From positions 1,888-65,887 of the forward strand of contig DASXUF010000129.1 of assembly GCA_036504975.1 (NCBI GenBank): a stretch of DNA of 64,000 bases, in the 5' to 3' direction. The translations under genes were made by a program, and so were the position numbers. The stretch comes from Candidatus Binatia bacterium. GTDB lineage: Bacteria > Desulfobacterota > Binatia > UBA9968. The notes beneath the pieces are model-generated. The model was given only the letters and a program-made list of their open reading frames with translations, was not told where the DNA came from and ran no database searches. Shown here in pieces: positions 49,102 through 59,831 of the stretch (the first letter of the stretch is position 1; every line of letters begins with the position of its first letter).

Positions 49102-49614
49102 CTATGTACCCGTCTGCCCCTCGGCCGCCGCCGGAGCGCGCACCAGCCAGCGCTCGCGCATCATTTTATCTTGAATTCTGAGGAGACCTTCGGTCAGGGC
49201 TTCGGGCCGCGGCGGACAGCCCGGCACGTAGACATCCACCGGGATGATTTTATCGACCCCTTTGCACACCGAGTAGGCGACCTGGAACAAGCCGCCGCAA
49301 TTGGCACAGCTTCCCATCGAGATGACGTACTTGGGGTCTGGCATCTGGTCGTAGAGCAGCTTGGTGCGCTTGGCCATCTTGTAGGTCAGCGTCCCGGCGA
49401 CGATCATAAGATCGGACTGGCGCGGCGTCGCACGAGGCACGCAACCGAAGCGGTCCACGTCAGCGCGCGGCCCGCCGGTCTGCATCAGCTCGATGGCGCA
49501 GCAGGCCAGGCCGAACAGCATGTACCACTGTGAAGAGGCCCGGCCCCAATTGAGGAGCTGATCCACCTTGGTGGTAAAAACCGTCTCGGGCAGTGAATTC
49601 AGCAGCGGTTGCAT
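49102..49614 (-). CDS. nuoB: NADH-quinone oxidoreductase subunit B (N2 cluster subunit)
   Basis: 170 aa with the cysteine motifs [15 protein letters not shown] and GCPPRP. This is the only nuoB in the window. Confidence 0.95.
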   Translation of the reverse strand: MQPLLNSLPETVFTTKVDQLLNWGRASSQWYMLFGLACCAIELMQTGGPRADVDRFGCVPRATPRQSDLMIVAGTLTYKMAKRTKLLYDQMPDPKYVISMGSCANCGGLFQVAYSVCKGVDKIIPVDVYVPGCPPRPEALTEGLLRIQDKMMRERWLVRAPAAAEGQTGT

Positions 49615-49626
49615 TTAGTTACCCCT

Positions 49627-50016
49627 CTATTGCGCTTGAACTTTCTTGACCCATTCGAGATCGCCTTTGGCCCAGGCGTAAACCAGACCGAGGAAGAGGA
49701 TGCCGACAAACACCAGAATTTCGATGAAGGCAAAGCCGCCTTGCCCGCTTTCGACCCAACGGCGAAAAGCGGTCGCTACGGGGAACATAAAGGCGATCTC
49801 GACCTCGAAGATGATGAAAATCAAAGAGACGATGTAAAAACGAATATTGAAGTTGACCCATGCGCTGCCGGCCGCCGGCTCGCCGCATTCATACGTGGAA
49901 AGCTTGCGCGTCTGGGGGTTGTTCGGCCTGAGCAGCTTGCCTATGAGTAAGTTGACGCCGACGAAACCGGCGCCCAAGGCCGTAAAAACCAGAACATTGG
50001 CGAAATCGAAAAGCAT
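49627..50016 (-). CDS. nuoA: NADH-quinone oxidoreductase subunit A (operon 2)
   Basis: 129 aa with 3 TM segments, and the first gene of operon 2. Confidence 0.9.
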   Translation of the reverse strand: MLFDFANVLVFTALGAGFVGVNLLIGKLLRPNNPQTRKLSTYECGEPAAGSAWVNFNIRFYIVSLIFIIFEVEIAFMFPVATAFRRWVESGQGGFAFIEILVFVGILFLGLVYAWAKGDLEWVKKVQAQ

Positions 50017-50068
50017 GGCTGATTGTCGGCTTTGATATCAGACTAAAAGAGGAAAACCAACTGAAATT

Positions 50069-50098
50069 ATTATAGGCACAAATCCCTCTCAGCGTCAA
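50069..50098 (-). promoter_or_regulatory. Candidate promoter of nuo operon 2 (TTGACG-N18-TATAAT)
   Basis: On the minus strand the -35 is at 50098..50093. The -10 at 50074..50069 is a perfect match and lies about 50 nt upstream of the nuoA2 ATG. Confidence 0.5.
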
Positions 50099-50171
50099 TG
50101 TTTCGGCGGCGAACGGCATTGCCATCGCGGGCTTTTTTGACTAGAGTTTAGCGGACTTAAAGGAACCCCTC

Positions 50172-51131
50172 GTGACCAACGTTGAGCGTTTTTGCAGCGC
50201 GCATTTAGTCTTCGCGCTGTTTTGGCTTGTAGCCGGCAGCGCAGCCGGACAAAACCGCCCCGTGAAGGTCGCCTACAGCGCGATCTCGGCCGGCATCGGC
50301 GGTTTGTGGCTGACGCATGAACAGGGGATCTTCAAGAAGCACGGCCTCGATTCGTCGCTGATCTATTTTCGTAGCGGCACGACGGCGGCGCAGGCGCTCC
50401 TCGCCGGCGAAATCGACTTCGGCCACCTCGCGCCGGGGCCGATGATGGCGGCCTGGGCGCAGGGGGCGGATTTCGTCTGGATCGGGACGACCGTCCATAA
50501 AATGGTCTTCACCTTGGTGGCCGAGCCGGCGATCATGCGGGGCGAAAGCCTCAAAGGCAAAAAGATCGGCATCACGCGCATCGGCTCGGCGGCCGATTTG
50601 GCGGTGAGAGCGGCTCTGGAGCATTTCGGTCTGACGTCGAAAGATGTCAGCTTGATCAGCATGGGCGGCATACCTGATATTCTCACGGGTCTCCGCGCCG
50701 GTGCGGTTCAAGCGGCGATCCTCTCGCCGCCGTTCTCGACCGCCGCGCTCGATCTCGGCTATCGCCGCCTCCTTTTCATCCCGGACCTGGGCAAAGAGTT
50801 CACTTTCTCCGGCATCGCCGCCCAACGCGGCTACGTCAACGCCAATCCGAACGTCGCGCGCGCATTCATGACGGCGCTGACCGAGGGCGCGAAGATCTAT
50901 GCGGAGAACTCCAAGGCGGCGCTCGTCGTTCTGAAGCGCTACGCTAAAGTGGAGAAGGATTCGATCTTGGAAGCGGGGTACCGCGAATATGCCAGCGCGC
51001 TCACGAGCCCGCCGTATCCTTCGCTCAAAGGGCTCGAAGCCGTGCGCGAGAGTTTCGCCGAAAGCGCGCCCGCGCTCAAGAACGCCGATCTCAAAAAGTT
51101 CATCGACGATAGGTTCGTGAAGGCGAGATGA
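50172..51131 (+). CDS. NMT1/THI5-like (NitT/TauT-type) ABC solute-binding protein
   Basis: 319 aa with a GTG start and a signal peptide (LVAGSAAGQ). It has typical NMT1-like blocks. Confidence 0.75.
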   Translation: MTNVERFCSAHLVFALFWLVAGSAAGQNRPVKVAYSAISAGIGGLWLTHEQGIFKKHGLDSSLIYFRSGTTAAQALLAGEIDFGHLAPGPMMAAWAQGADFVWIGTTVHKMVFTLVAEPAIMRGESLKGKKIGITRIGSAADLAVRAALEHFGLTSKDVSLISMGGIPDILTGLRAGAVQAAILSPPFSTAALDLGYRRLLFIPDLGKEFTFSGIAAQRGYVNANPNVARAFMTALTEGAKIYAENSKAALVVLKRYAKVEKDSILEAGYREYASALTSPPYPSLKGLEAVRESFAESAPALKNADLKKFIDDRFVKAR

Positions 51132-51132
51132 G

Positions 51133-52350
51133 GTGACCATGAGAGTTGAGACTGAACGAAAAATGAAACGCTGGCGCGAGCAAAGGTGGCTTCTCGACCA
51201 GGTGATCCAAAGCCGCGGCATCGATTGGGACCAGGGCCGGAGCGGAAAGATCCTCCGCAACTGCGGTCCGAGCGTGGAGGCGGAGCTGCGCGAGATCGGC
51301 CGCAGGGTGCAAAAATTCACCGACATCCCGCGCGAGTTTTCGCGCGCGGCCGAGCGCCGCGAAGGACTGGCGCGCGAGGCGGAAAGCGCCGGCCACAACG
51401 TGGAAGCGCGCGAGCACTACTACGTCGCGGCGACTTTCTACACCAACGCGATGTGGGCGATCTACGAAGACAACAATACCAAGCGGATCGCCTGGGGCGA
51501 AAAAAAACGCGCCTGCTACGACAAGTTCATCCAGTTCGCCGGCCGGCCGATCGAGCGCGTGGATCTGCCGTACGAGGGGAAATCGATCGCCGCGCTTTTA
51601 CACTTGCCGCCCGGCACGAAAGCGGGCGAAAAAGTTCCCTGCGTGCTCTACATCCCCGGCATGGACGGCGTCAAAGAAGACAACCCGCTCCACAACGACC
51701 CGTTTTTGGAGCGAGGCGTCGCCGTGCTGGCGATCGACGGCCCCGGCCAGGGCGAGACGCGCGCGCGCGGCATCAAGTGTACCGCGTCGAATTACGAAGA
51801 CGCGGGCAAGCTCGCTTGCGACTATCTGGTCAAGCGGCCCGAGATCGACGCCAACCGCCTCGCGATCATGGGCTCCAGCATGGGCTCGTACTGGGGGCCG
51901 CGCGTCGCCGCGGCCGAGCCGCGCTTCAAGGCCTGCGCCGTGAGCGGCGTTTGCGTCGAGCCCGGACAGTACACGATCTTCAACACCGCCTCGCCGACCT
52001 TCAAGCTCAACTACATGTACATGTCGGGTTACGACGACGAGGCGGCCTTCGACGAGTTCGCCAAGACGCTGACGCTCACCAGGATCGCCTCGAAAATCAC
52101 TTGCCCCTATCTCATCGTCGCCGGCGAAGACGACGAGCTGTGCCCGATCGAATTCGTGTACGACCTGATCGAACAAATCCGCGGGCCTAAAGTTCTGGTC
52201 GTTTACGAAGGCGAGAAGCATTCGATCCGCAACCCGCGCTCGCGCACTCTGATCGTCGATTGGCTCGCCGACCGACTGGCGGGCAAGCCGTTTAAGCCCG
52301 AGAAGATCTACGTCGAGCTGAGCGGCAAAGAGATCCACACGCCGTGGTGA
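51133..52350 (+). CDS. Alpha/beta-hydrolase (dienelactone / DHPON-hydrolase-like)
   Basis: 405 aa with the nucleophile elbow GSSMG. It starts 2 nt after the SBP stop. ATG 51139 is an alternative start. Confidence 0.75.
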   Translation: MTMRVETERKMKRWREQRWLLDQVIQSRGIDWDQGRSGKILRNCGPSVEAELREIGRRVQKFTDIPREFSRAAERREGLAREAESAGHNVEAREHYYVAATFYTNAMWAIYEDNNTKRIAWGEKKRACYDKFIQFAGRPIERVDLPYEGKSIAALLHLPPGTKAGEKVPCVLYIPGMDGVKEDNPLHNDPFLERGVAVLAIDGPGQGETRARGIKCTASNYEDAGKLACDYLVKRPEIDANRLAIMGSSMGSYWGPRVAAAEPRFKACAVSGVCVEPGQYTIFNTASPTFKLNYMYMSGYDDEAAFDEFAKTLTLTRIASKITCPYLIVAGEDDELCPIEFVYDLIEQIRGPKVLVVYEGEKHSIRNPRSRTLIVDWLADRLAGKPFKPEKIYVELSGKEIHTPW

Positions 52351-52576
52351 GGAAAGAACGGGACCACCCTATCCCCTTGGCTCAGCGCCTCCTCGGCTGT
52401 AACTCTAACTGCTCGCCTCGGGCAGCATCGAAACTCGCCCTAAAAACAAAACGGGCTCGAACATCGATGCTGCTTGTCCTCGGCATCGCAGAGAGTTACA
52501 ACGCCTCCGAGTCGATCTTCGCTTATGGGAACAGGGCGGTCCCGGGAGAAAAGAGAGGCCGGAGAAATCCGGAGCG

Positions 52577-52727
52577 ACCGAGGGAAGCGCGAGCGAGGTT
52601 GCGGACGCAGGGACGTGGAGGTCGGCGCAGGCCCCGCCCGGTGGAGTCATCACACTCGGTGCGGATTGGGCGGCGGCCCTCAAGGTAGAGACCTATCGGC
52701 CGCAGCCGAGAGCGCGTTTCCCGAGGG
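52577..52727 (+). repeat. R1 repeat family, divergent copy C, inside the 415-nt larC upstream region
   Basis: The blocks AGCGCGAGC, CAGGGACGTGGAG, GCAGGCCC, GGCGGCCCTCAAG and GAGAGCGCG are shared with copies A and B. Confidence 0.5.
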
Positions 52728-52765
52728 AGCTTGCTACGATCCCGACAATCTGGAAAGTTTAGCCG

Positions 52766-53929
52766 ATGCGCATCGTTTACGGCGATCTGATCGGCGGGGC
52801 GAGCGGCGACATGTTCGTCGCGGCCCTGCTCGACCTCGGCCTTCCATTCGAGACGCTCAAGGGGGAGCTTAAAAAAATCCCGTCGCTGAAATACCGCCTC
52901 GAGATCGGGACCAAGAAACTGAGCGCTATTCGCGCGACCCGCTTTCGCGTGCTCACCGGCAAAAAAGAGGCAGAGCGAACGTGGGAAGAGATCCGCCGTT
53001 TGATCGACGGCAGCGCGCTGGAAGCCGAAGTTAAGGAACGCGCCGTCGCGATCTTCACGCGCCTGGCCGAAGCGGAAGGGAAAATCCACGGTGTGACGCC
53101 GAAAAAAGTCCATTTTCACGAAGTCGGCGCGACCGATTCGATCGTGGACATCGTCGGCACGGCGATAGGGATTCACCGTCTAAAGATCGACAGCCTCCAT
53201 TTCTCGCGCATCCCGCTAGGACGAGGCGTGACTCGCTCCCGCCACGGTGTGCTGCCGCTGCCCGGTCCCGCGACGCTGGAACTTCTCACAGGCCTGCCGG
53301 TCGAGTTCATCGACCTGGACGGAGAGACGGTCACGCCGACGGCTGCTGCCATTATTGCTACTCTGCGATCACGCGTTGGCGCAACGCCGCAGATGACAGT
53401 GGAAAAAATCGGCTACGGCGCGGGCGCAAAAGAGTTTTCGGATCGTCCCAACGTTCTCCGGTTGGTTCTCGGCCAGGATTCGGCCAGCTTGGCGCAAGAC
53501 GAGATGGTGGTCATCGAGACGAACATCGACGACATGAATCCGGAGTTTTACGACTACGTTCTCGATCGATTGTTCGCGGCCGGCGCGCGCGATGTTTTTC
53601 TATCGCCGATCCAGATGAAAAAAAATCGGCCCGGGACTTTGCTGCGAATCATCGCCGAACCGGTTCTCAGGGAAAATCTAACGAATATTGTCTTTAGCGA
53701 GACCACGACGATCGGCCTGCGTTATTATCCCGTCCAGCGCCTGATCCTGAAGCGCAGCGCCGGCCGCGTGAAGACCAAATTCGGCACGGTGGCGGTCAAA
53801 ATTATCGAACAATCCGACGGGAGCAAACGAGCGACGCCCGAGTACGACGACTTAAAACGAATCGCCGCAAGGAAAAAAATCCCTCTCAAGGCGCTCTATG
53901 ACGAGGTCATAAGAAATTCTAACAAGTAG
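52766..53929 (+). CDS. larC: LarC-family nickel-insertion protein (DUF111, nickel-pincer cofactor biosynthesis)
   Basis: 387 aa with MRIVYGDLIGGASGDMFVAALLDLG and HFHEVGATDSIVDIVG, which are hallmark blocks. Confidence 0.85.
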   Translation: MRIVYGDLIGGASGDMFVAALLDLGLPFETLKGELKKIPSLKYRLEIGTKKLSAIRATRFRVLTGKKEAERTWEEIRRLIDGSALEAEVKERAVAIFTRLAEAEGKIHGVTPKKVHFHEVGATDSIVDIVGTAIGIHRLKIDSLHFSRIPLGRGVTRSRHGVLPLPGPATLELLTGLPVEFIDLDGETVTPTAAAIIATLRSRVGATPQMTVEKIGYGAGAKEFSDRPNVLRLVLGQDSASLAQDEMVVIETNIDDMNPEFYDYVLDRLFAAGARDVFLSPIQMKKNRPGTLLRIIAEPVLRENLTNIVFSETTTIGLRYYPVQRLILKRSAGRVKTKFGTVAVKIIEQSDGSKRATPEYDDLKRIAARKKIPLKALYDEVIRNSNK

Positions 53930-53966
53930 GGCGGATTTGAAACCAGCCGACGGTGAAACCACATCC

Positions 53967-55226
53967 ATGGCCGATACTCCACCGGGAAACGACAACCCAA
54001 CGGGCCCTCTGCTGCCATGGGCGTCGTTCCGCTATCGCGATTTCAGCCTGCTTTTCGCAACGTCGCTTTTCGTCACGATGGCGCATCAGATGCGCCAAAC
54101 GCAAAATTTGTATCACGTTTACGAATTGTCGGGCTCCGCGTTCCAGCTCGGGCTCACCGGCCTCGCCCAGGGCATCCCGTTATTTGCCATCGGAATTTTT
54201 GCCGGCACGCTCGCCGACTTCATCGATCGCCGCAAGCTTCTCTTTCTAACCACAGCCGCGAACTTTTTCGTGGCCGTTATCTTGGGCCTTTTGACGATCG
54301 CCGGCACGATAGAAGTCTGGCACATTCTCGTCGGCACGGCGTTGACGTCGGGCGTCAACATCGTGCTCAATCCGACTCGCCAAGCGATAGTCTCCGGGCT
54401 GGTGCCCCGTTCCCACATAACCAACGCCGTATCGCTCAACTCCAGCATCTCCCAAGGCTCTCATTTTATCGGTCCGATGCTCGCAGGCCTCAGTTTCGCC
54501 TTCATGGATGCGGGCAGCGCCTACTTGGTAAACGCTCTGTTTTATCTTCCCGCGGCGATCGGAATCTTCTTACTGAAAGTTCCGCGCATACCCGACCACG
54601 TCAAGGAAACTTTCTCGCTAAAAAGCCTTCTCGGCGGCGTGCGTTTTCTGATCGGCCAGCGGACGGTTTTGACCCTCGTTCTGTTGGACTTCGCCATCGT
54701 CGGCGTCGGTTACTATCGCCCTCTGTTACCCGTTTTTGCCAAAGATATTTTTAAAGTCGGGCCTGCGGGCTTCGGGCTTTTGGCCTCGGCGCCGGCCGTC
54801 GGCGGAACCGTCGCCACGCTCGCGCTCCTCCTGGCCAGGCACGTAGAGCGCAAAGGTCTCCTCGCGCTCTGGGCCTTTCTTCTATTCAGCGTCGGGCTGG
54901 GTTTGTTTGCGGCATCGCAAAACTTCTGGGTGGCGCTCGTGCTGGTCGGCGGACTGGGATTGACGAATGCCTTGCAGGCGGTGATGCGCCAGACGGCTTT
55001 TCACCTTCTCACGCCCGATCACGTGCGCGGCCGGGCCTTTTCCATCTTCAACATGTTTTCTCAGGGAGCCAATTCCGTCGGTGCGATGGTGGTGGGCTTC
55101 ACGGCGGCGCTGATCGGCGCGCCCGGCGCGCTGCTCATCGGGAGCGTCGTAGGAATTATTCTCACCTTGGCTGTTTGGACGGCATGGCCGGGATTGCGGC
55201 AGTTCCGCGCCGGCGGCGCAGCATAG
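53967..55226 (+). CDS. MFS transporter
   Basis: About 12 predicted TM segments by eye. Trimmed to the ATG at 53967 (MADTPPG...). The track start at 53937 is a TTG. Confidence 0.8.
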   Translation: MADTPPGNDNPTGPLLPWASFRYRDFSLLFATSLFVTMAHQMRQTQNLYHVYELSGSAFQLGLTGLAQGIPLFAIGIFAGTLADFIDRRKLLFLTTAANFFVAVILGLLTIAGTIEVWHILVGTALTSGVNIVLNPTRQAIVSGLVPRSHITNAVSLNSSISQGSHFIGPMLAGLSFAFMDAGSAYLVNALFYLPAAIGIFLLKVPRIPDHVKETFSLKSLLGGVRFLIGQRTVLTLVLLDFAIVGVGYYRPLLPVFAKDIFKVGPAGFGLLASAPAVGGTVATLALLLARHVERKGLLALWAFLLFSVGLGLFAASQNFWVALVLVGGLGLTNALQAVMRQTAFHLLTPDHVRGRAFSIFNMFSQGANSVGAMVVGFTAALIGAPGALLIGSVVGIILTLAVWTAWPGLRQFRAGGAA

Positions 55227-55240
55227 CCCGGCTTCGAAAC

Positions 55241-56350
<1,110 letters not shown>

Positions 56351-56361
56351 CTGGGAGCACA

Positions 56362-57720
56362 TCAACTCTCAGTCACCGCCTTTATCGATTCTAGCGTAAC
56401 ATCCAGGAGATCTTTCAACTCGCGGTCACGTATCGTCAGCGGCGGCATCAGGACGATCACGTCGCCCAAAGGCCGGACCATGACGCCGCGTTTTCGCGCT
56501 TCAAGAATCACCTTGTGCCCAATTCGCTTTTCCGTCGGATAAGTCTTCCGGTTCTTTTTATCTTCGACCAGCTCGATTCCCACCATGAAGCCCCACTGCC
56601 GGACATCCGCAACGTGCGCAAGCGGCAGAAATTCTTCTTCCAGCCTGCGCTTGAGATAATCGATCTTCGGCTGCATCCGTTCAAGAATGTTTTCCTTCTC
56701 GAAAAGCTCAAGACTCGCCAGGGCGACGGCGCAGCCGAGCGGATTGCCGGTGTACGTGTGCCCGTGGAAGAAGGTCTTGAATTCCCGGGACTCTCCGAGG
56801 AACGCCGAAAAGATTTCTTCGGTCGTGAGGGTCGCCGCCAAGGGAAGATAGCCGCCGGTGATTCCTTTGGCGACGCAGAGGATATCCGGGCTCGCGCCGG
56901 CGTGCTCGCAGGCGAACATCTTTCCCGTCCTGCCGAAACCGGTCGCGACTTCGTCCGCGATGAAGAGAATCCGGTTCTTGCGACAGATCTCGCCGAGCGC
57001 CTTGATGTAATCGGCCGGCTGCGACCACATGCCGGCGGCGCCTTGCATCAGGGGCTCGACGATCAGCGCCGCTAGAGTGCTTTTTTCTTTGGTCAGTCTT
57101 TCCTCGGCTTCCGCTATCGCACGCTTCAACGCCTCCTCCTCGTTCATCCGCTTGAACCAGCGAAAAACATGCGGCGGGTTGAGGCGCAAGGCCGGAGCCA
57201 CAAGCGAGCGGTGGAAGCGGTGAAAAGTCTCCGAGTAACCGACGCCCATCGAGCCGACCGTGTCGCCATGATACGCCTCGACGAGCGACGCGAAGCGCGT
57301 GCGGCCGGTTTCCTCTTTCAACTGCCAGTACTGAACGGCGATCTTGAGCGCGATCTCGACCGCTGTCGCGCCGTCGTCCGAATAAAAAACACGCTGAAGA
57401 CCGGGAGGCGCGATCGCAATAAGTTTTTCCGCCAGCTCGATGCCGGCCACATGGCTGAGTCCGAGAAAAGTCGAGTGGGCGATGCGGGCAAGCTGTTCCG
57501 TGATCGCCCGATCCAGCTCCTCTTTGCGATGGCCGTGCACGTTGCACCAGAGCGAAGAGACTCCGTCAAGATATCTTTTCCCATGAACATCGACCAGATA
57601 GTGTCCTTCTCCCCGCTCGATGATACACGGCTCCTCGTCCATCCACTCCTGCATTTGCGTGAACGGATGCCATAAATATCTATAGTCGAGTTGTTTAAGT
57701 TGTTCGTAACTCCGAGACAT
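56362..57720 (-). CDS. bioA: Adenosylmethionine-8-amino-7-oxononanoate aminotransferase
   Basis: The track ORF is trimmed to MSRSYEQLKQLDYRYLWHPFTQM (ATG at 57720), giving 452 aa. It is a class III aminotransferase located between bioF and bioD. Confidence 0.9.
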   Translation of the reverse strand: MSRSYEQLKQLDYRYLWHPFTQMQEWMDEEPCIIERGEGHYLVDVHGKRYLDGVSSLWCNVHGHRKEELDRAITEQLARIAHSTFLGLSHVAGIELAEKLIAIAPPGLQRVFYSDDGATAVEIALKIAVQYWQLKEETGRTRFASLVEAYHGDTVGSMGVGYSETFHRFHRSLVAPALRLNPPHVFRWFKRMNEEEALKRAIAEAEERLTKEKSTLAALIVEPLMQGAAGMWSQPADYIKALGEICRKNRILFIADEVATGFGRTGKMFACEHAGASPDILCVAKGITGGYLPLAATLTTEEIFSAFLGESREFKTFFHGHTYTGNPLGCAVALASLELFEKENILERMQPKIDYLKRRLEEEFLPLAHVADVRQWGFMVGIELVEDKKNRKTYPTEKRIGHKVILEARKRGVMVRPLGDVIVLMPPLTIRDRELKDLLDVTLESIKAVTES

Positions 57721-57725
57721 GGCTT

Positions 57726-58895
57726 TCAATCCTTGAACTCTCGGCGGACTTCTTCGAAGGCCTTGATTGCGCGATGCAGGTGCTCGTGCGTGTGCGTCGC
57801 CATGAGCGTAATTCTTAGACGCGACGTCCCTTCGGGCACCGTCGGCGGGCGGATGCCTTGGGCAAAGACTCCTTTGTGCAGCAGCCGCTCGGAGAAGGCC
57901 ATGCATTTTTCCGCGTCGCCGATAACCAGCGGTAAAATTTGGCTCTCGCTACTCCCTAGTGAGAACCCTAAGCTCTGAAGCCCTTCGCGCATAGCCCGAA
58001 TGTTGTGCCAGAGCGCGAGACGCCGCTGCGGCTCCTGATATATGAGATCGACGGCCGCGATCGCCGCCGCCAGCACCGCCGGCGGCAGCGCGGTCGTGAA
58101 AATAAAACTCCGGCAGCGGTTGACGAGGAATTCGCGCAGCGCGCGGCTGCCGGCGACGTAGGCGCCGAACCCTCCGAGCGCCTTTCCCAGCGTCCCCATC
58201 TGAATCGGGATGCGCTCGCCGAGTCCTAACTTGGCGGCTACTCCGGCGCCGTTCGGACCTGCGACTCCGGTCGCGTGCGCTTCATCGACCATGATGAGTG
58301 CGCCATACTGCTCCGCCAGCTCGACGATCTCCGCCAGCGGCGCCTCGTCGCCGTCCATGCTGAAGAGCGTCTCGGTAATGATTAGCTTCCGTGTTGCAGC
58401 CGGCGCTTTCTTGAGCGCGTCTTCGAGTCGCGCTGGATCGCGATGCGGATAGACGATCGTTTTGGCGCGCGCGAGACGGCAGCCGTCGATAATGCTCGCG
58501 TGGTTCAATTCATCGCTGAAGATTACGTCGCCTTCGCCCGCAAGCGTTGGAATGATTCCGACGTTGACTTGAAACCCGGAGTTGAAGACAAGCGCGGCCT
58601 CGGTGTTTTTGAGCTTGGCGAGCTTTTCTTCCAGCTCTTCGTGCAACGTCATGTTTCCCGATATGAGACGTGAGGCGACTGCGCCGCAACCGTAGCGATC
58701 GACCGCCTCTTTCGCGGCCTGTTTGAGCGCCGGATGATTCGCCAGGCCGAGATAGTTGTTGGATGAAAAATTGAGGACTTCGCAACCGTCGAGGATGAGC
58801 GTCGGCCCCTGCTCTCCCTCGACGCGGCGCAGCTTGCGATAGAGCCCGCGGCGCTTCAGTGCTTCGAGTTCTTCCTGCATAAAATCAGGCGACAT
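57726..58895 (-). CDS. bioF: 8-amino-7-oxononanoate synthase
   Basis: 389-aa alpha-oxoamine synthase family protein (NNYLGL...DEAHATG...TLGKALG). Confidence 0.9.
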   Translation of the reverse strand: MSPDFMQEELEALKRRGLYRKLRRVEGEQGPTLILDGCEVLNFSSNNYLGLANHPALKQAAKEAVDRYGCGAVASRLISGNMTLHEELEEKLAKLKNTEAALVFNSGFQVNVGIIPTLAGEGDVIFSDELNHASIIDGCRLARAKTIVYPHRDPARLEDALKKAPAATRKLIITETLFSMDGDEAPLAEIVELAEQYGALIMVDEAHATGVAGPNGAGVAAKLGLGERIPIQMGTLGKALGGFGAYVAGSRALREFLVNRCRSFIFTTALPPAVLAAAIAAVDLIYQEPQRRLALWHNIRAMREGLQSLGFSLGSSESQILPLVIGDAEKCMAFSERLLHKGVFAQGIRPPTVPEGTSRLRITLMATHTHEHLHRAIKAFEEVRREFKD

Positions 58896-59004
58896 GACTG
58901 GATAGATTTATTATATGGAGAGTCTTAGAGCAACCTGTGCTTCGTCGCCTTGACCCTTCAATCAACGCGGTGATAAACATGAATCAAGTTTAAGGAGGTG
59001 CACC

Positions 59005-59739
59005 ATGGCCGAGCGCATTGAGCGAGTGTGGGATCGTTTTCTCACCGAACAGGACAAGGCGCACGTCGCGATGAAGCCGCCAAGACAAATCGGCTTCGGC
59101 CAAAAACCCGCGCTGCTTTTGATCGACCTTTACCGCTGGGTTTTTGGCGACACGCCGCAGCCGGTTTTGGAAGCGATCAAAACCTGGCCGGGCAACTGCG
59201 GCATGGCGGCATGGAACGCAATTCCCCATATTCAGACCTTGCTCAGAACCGCGCGCGAAGTGCGCATTCCGATCGTCCACGTAACGGGCTTGGGCGACGC
59301 CGGAGTCGCCGAATGGTCGGCCCGGCGCAATAGCAACGAAGACCGCAGCAAGTTGAGCCCGGAAGAGCTGGACCGGCGCCGCCGCAAGTTCGACATCATC
59401 GACGAGGTCGAGCCGCTTCCCGGCGAAACGGTCTTGAAAAAATCCTCTCCCAGCGCCTTTTGGGGCACGCCGCTCGTCGGCCATCTCAACCATCTGGGCA
59501 TCGATACGATCATCACCTGCGGCGAGAGCACGAGCGGCTGTGTGCGCGCGAGTGTGGTGGACGGCACGACGTACCGCTTTCGCATGATCGTGACCGAAGA
59601 GTGCGTTTTCGACCGCCACGAGGTGTGCCACGCGATCAACCTGTTCGACATGAATCAGAAGTACGCCGACGTTTTGCCGCTCGCTGAAGTCGTGAAGTAT
59701 CTCCACTCCTGGCGCGCGGAACAGCCCGTCGGAACGTAG
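59005..59739 (+). CDS. Isochorismatase-family cysteine hydrolase
   Basis: 244 aa with PALLLIDLY and TIITCGESTSGCVRAS, the catalytic Cys region. Confidence 0.85.
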   Translation: MAERIERVWDRFLTEQDKAHVAMKPPRQIGFGQKPALLLIDLYRWVFGDTPQPVLEAIKTWPGNCGMAAWNAIPHIQTLLRTAREVRIPIVHVTGLGDAGVAEWSARRNSNEDRSKLSPEELDRRRRKFDIIDEVEPLPGETVLKKSSPSAFWGTPLVGHLNHLGIDTIITCGESTSGCVRASVVDGTTYRFRMIVTEECVFDRHEVCHAINLFDMNQKYADVLPLAEVVKYLHSWRAEQPVGT

Positions 59740-59778
59740 CGGCGAACACTCGCTACGTTCCGAATCTCAAATCGCAAA

Positions 59779-59820
59779 TCTCAAATTTCAAATAGGCGAT
59801 ATGAGATATGAAATTTGAGA
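59779..59820. repeat. Low-complexity hairpin (TCTCAAATTTCA ... TGAAATTTGAGA, 12-bp stem)
   Basis: It lies in the intergenic region after the isochorismatase gene. A second hairpin, GAACGTAGCG-N9-CGCTACGTTC, precedes it and overlaps the stop codon. Confidence 0.6.
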
Positions 59821-59831
59821 TGTGAGATCTC

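Noticed and set aside
52351-52765. NiCo-type metal riboswitch upstream of larC.
   Set aside because: I could not match the sequence to what I remember of the czcD-motif consensus. The conserved part is a member of the dispersed R1 repeat, which also occurs next to unrelated genes.
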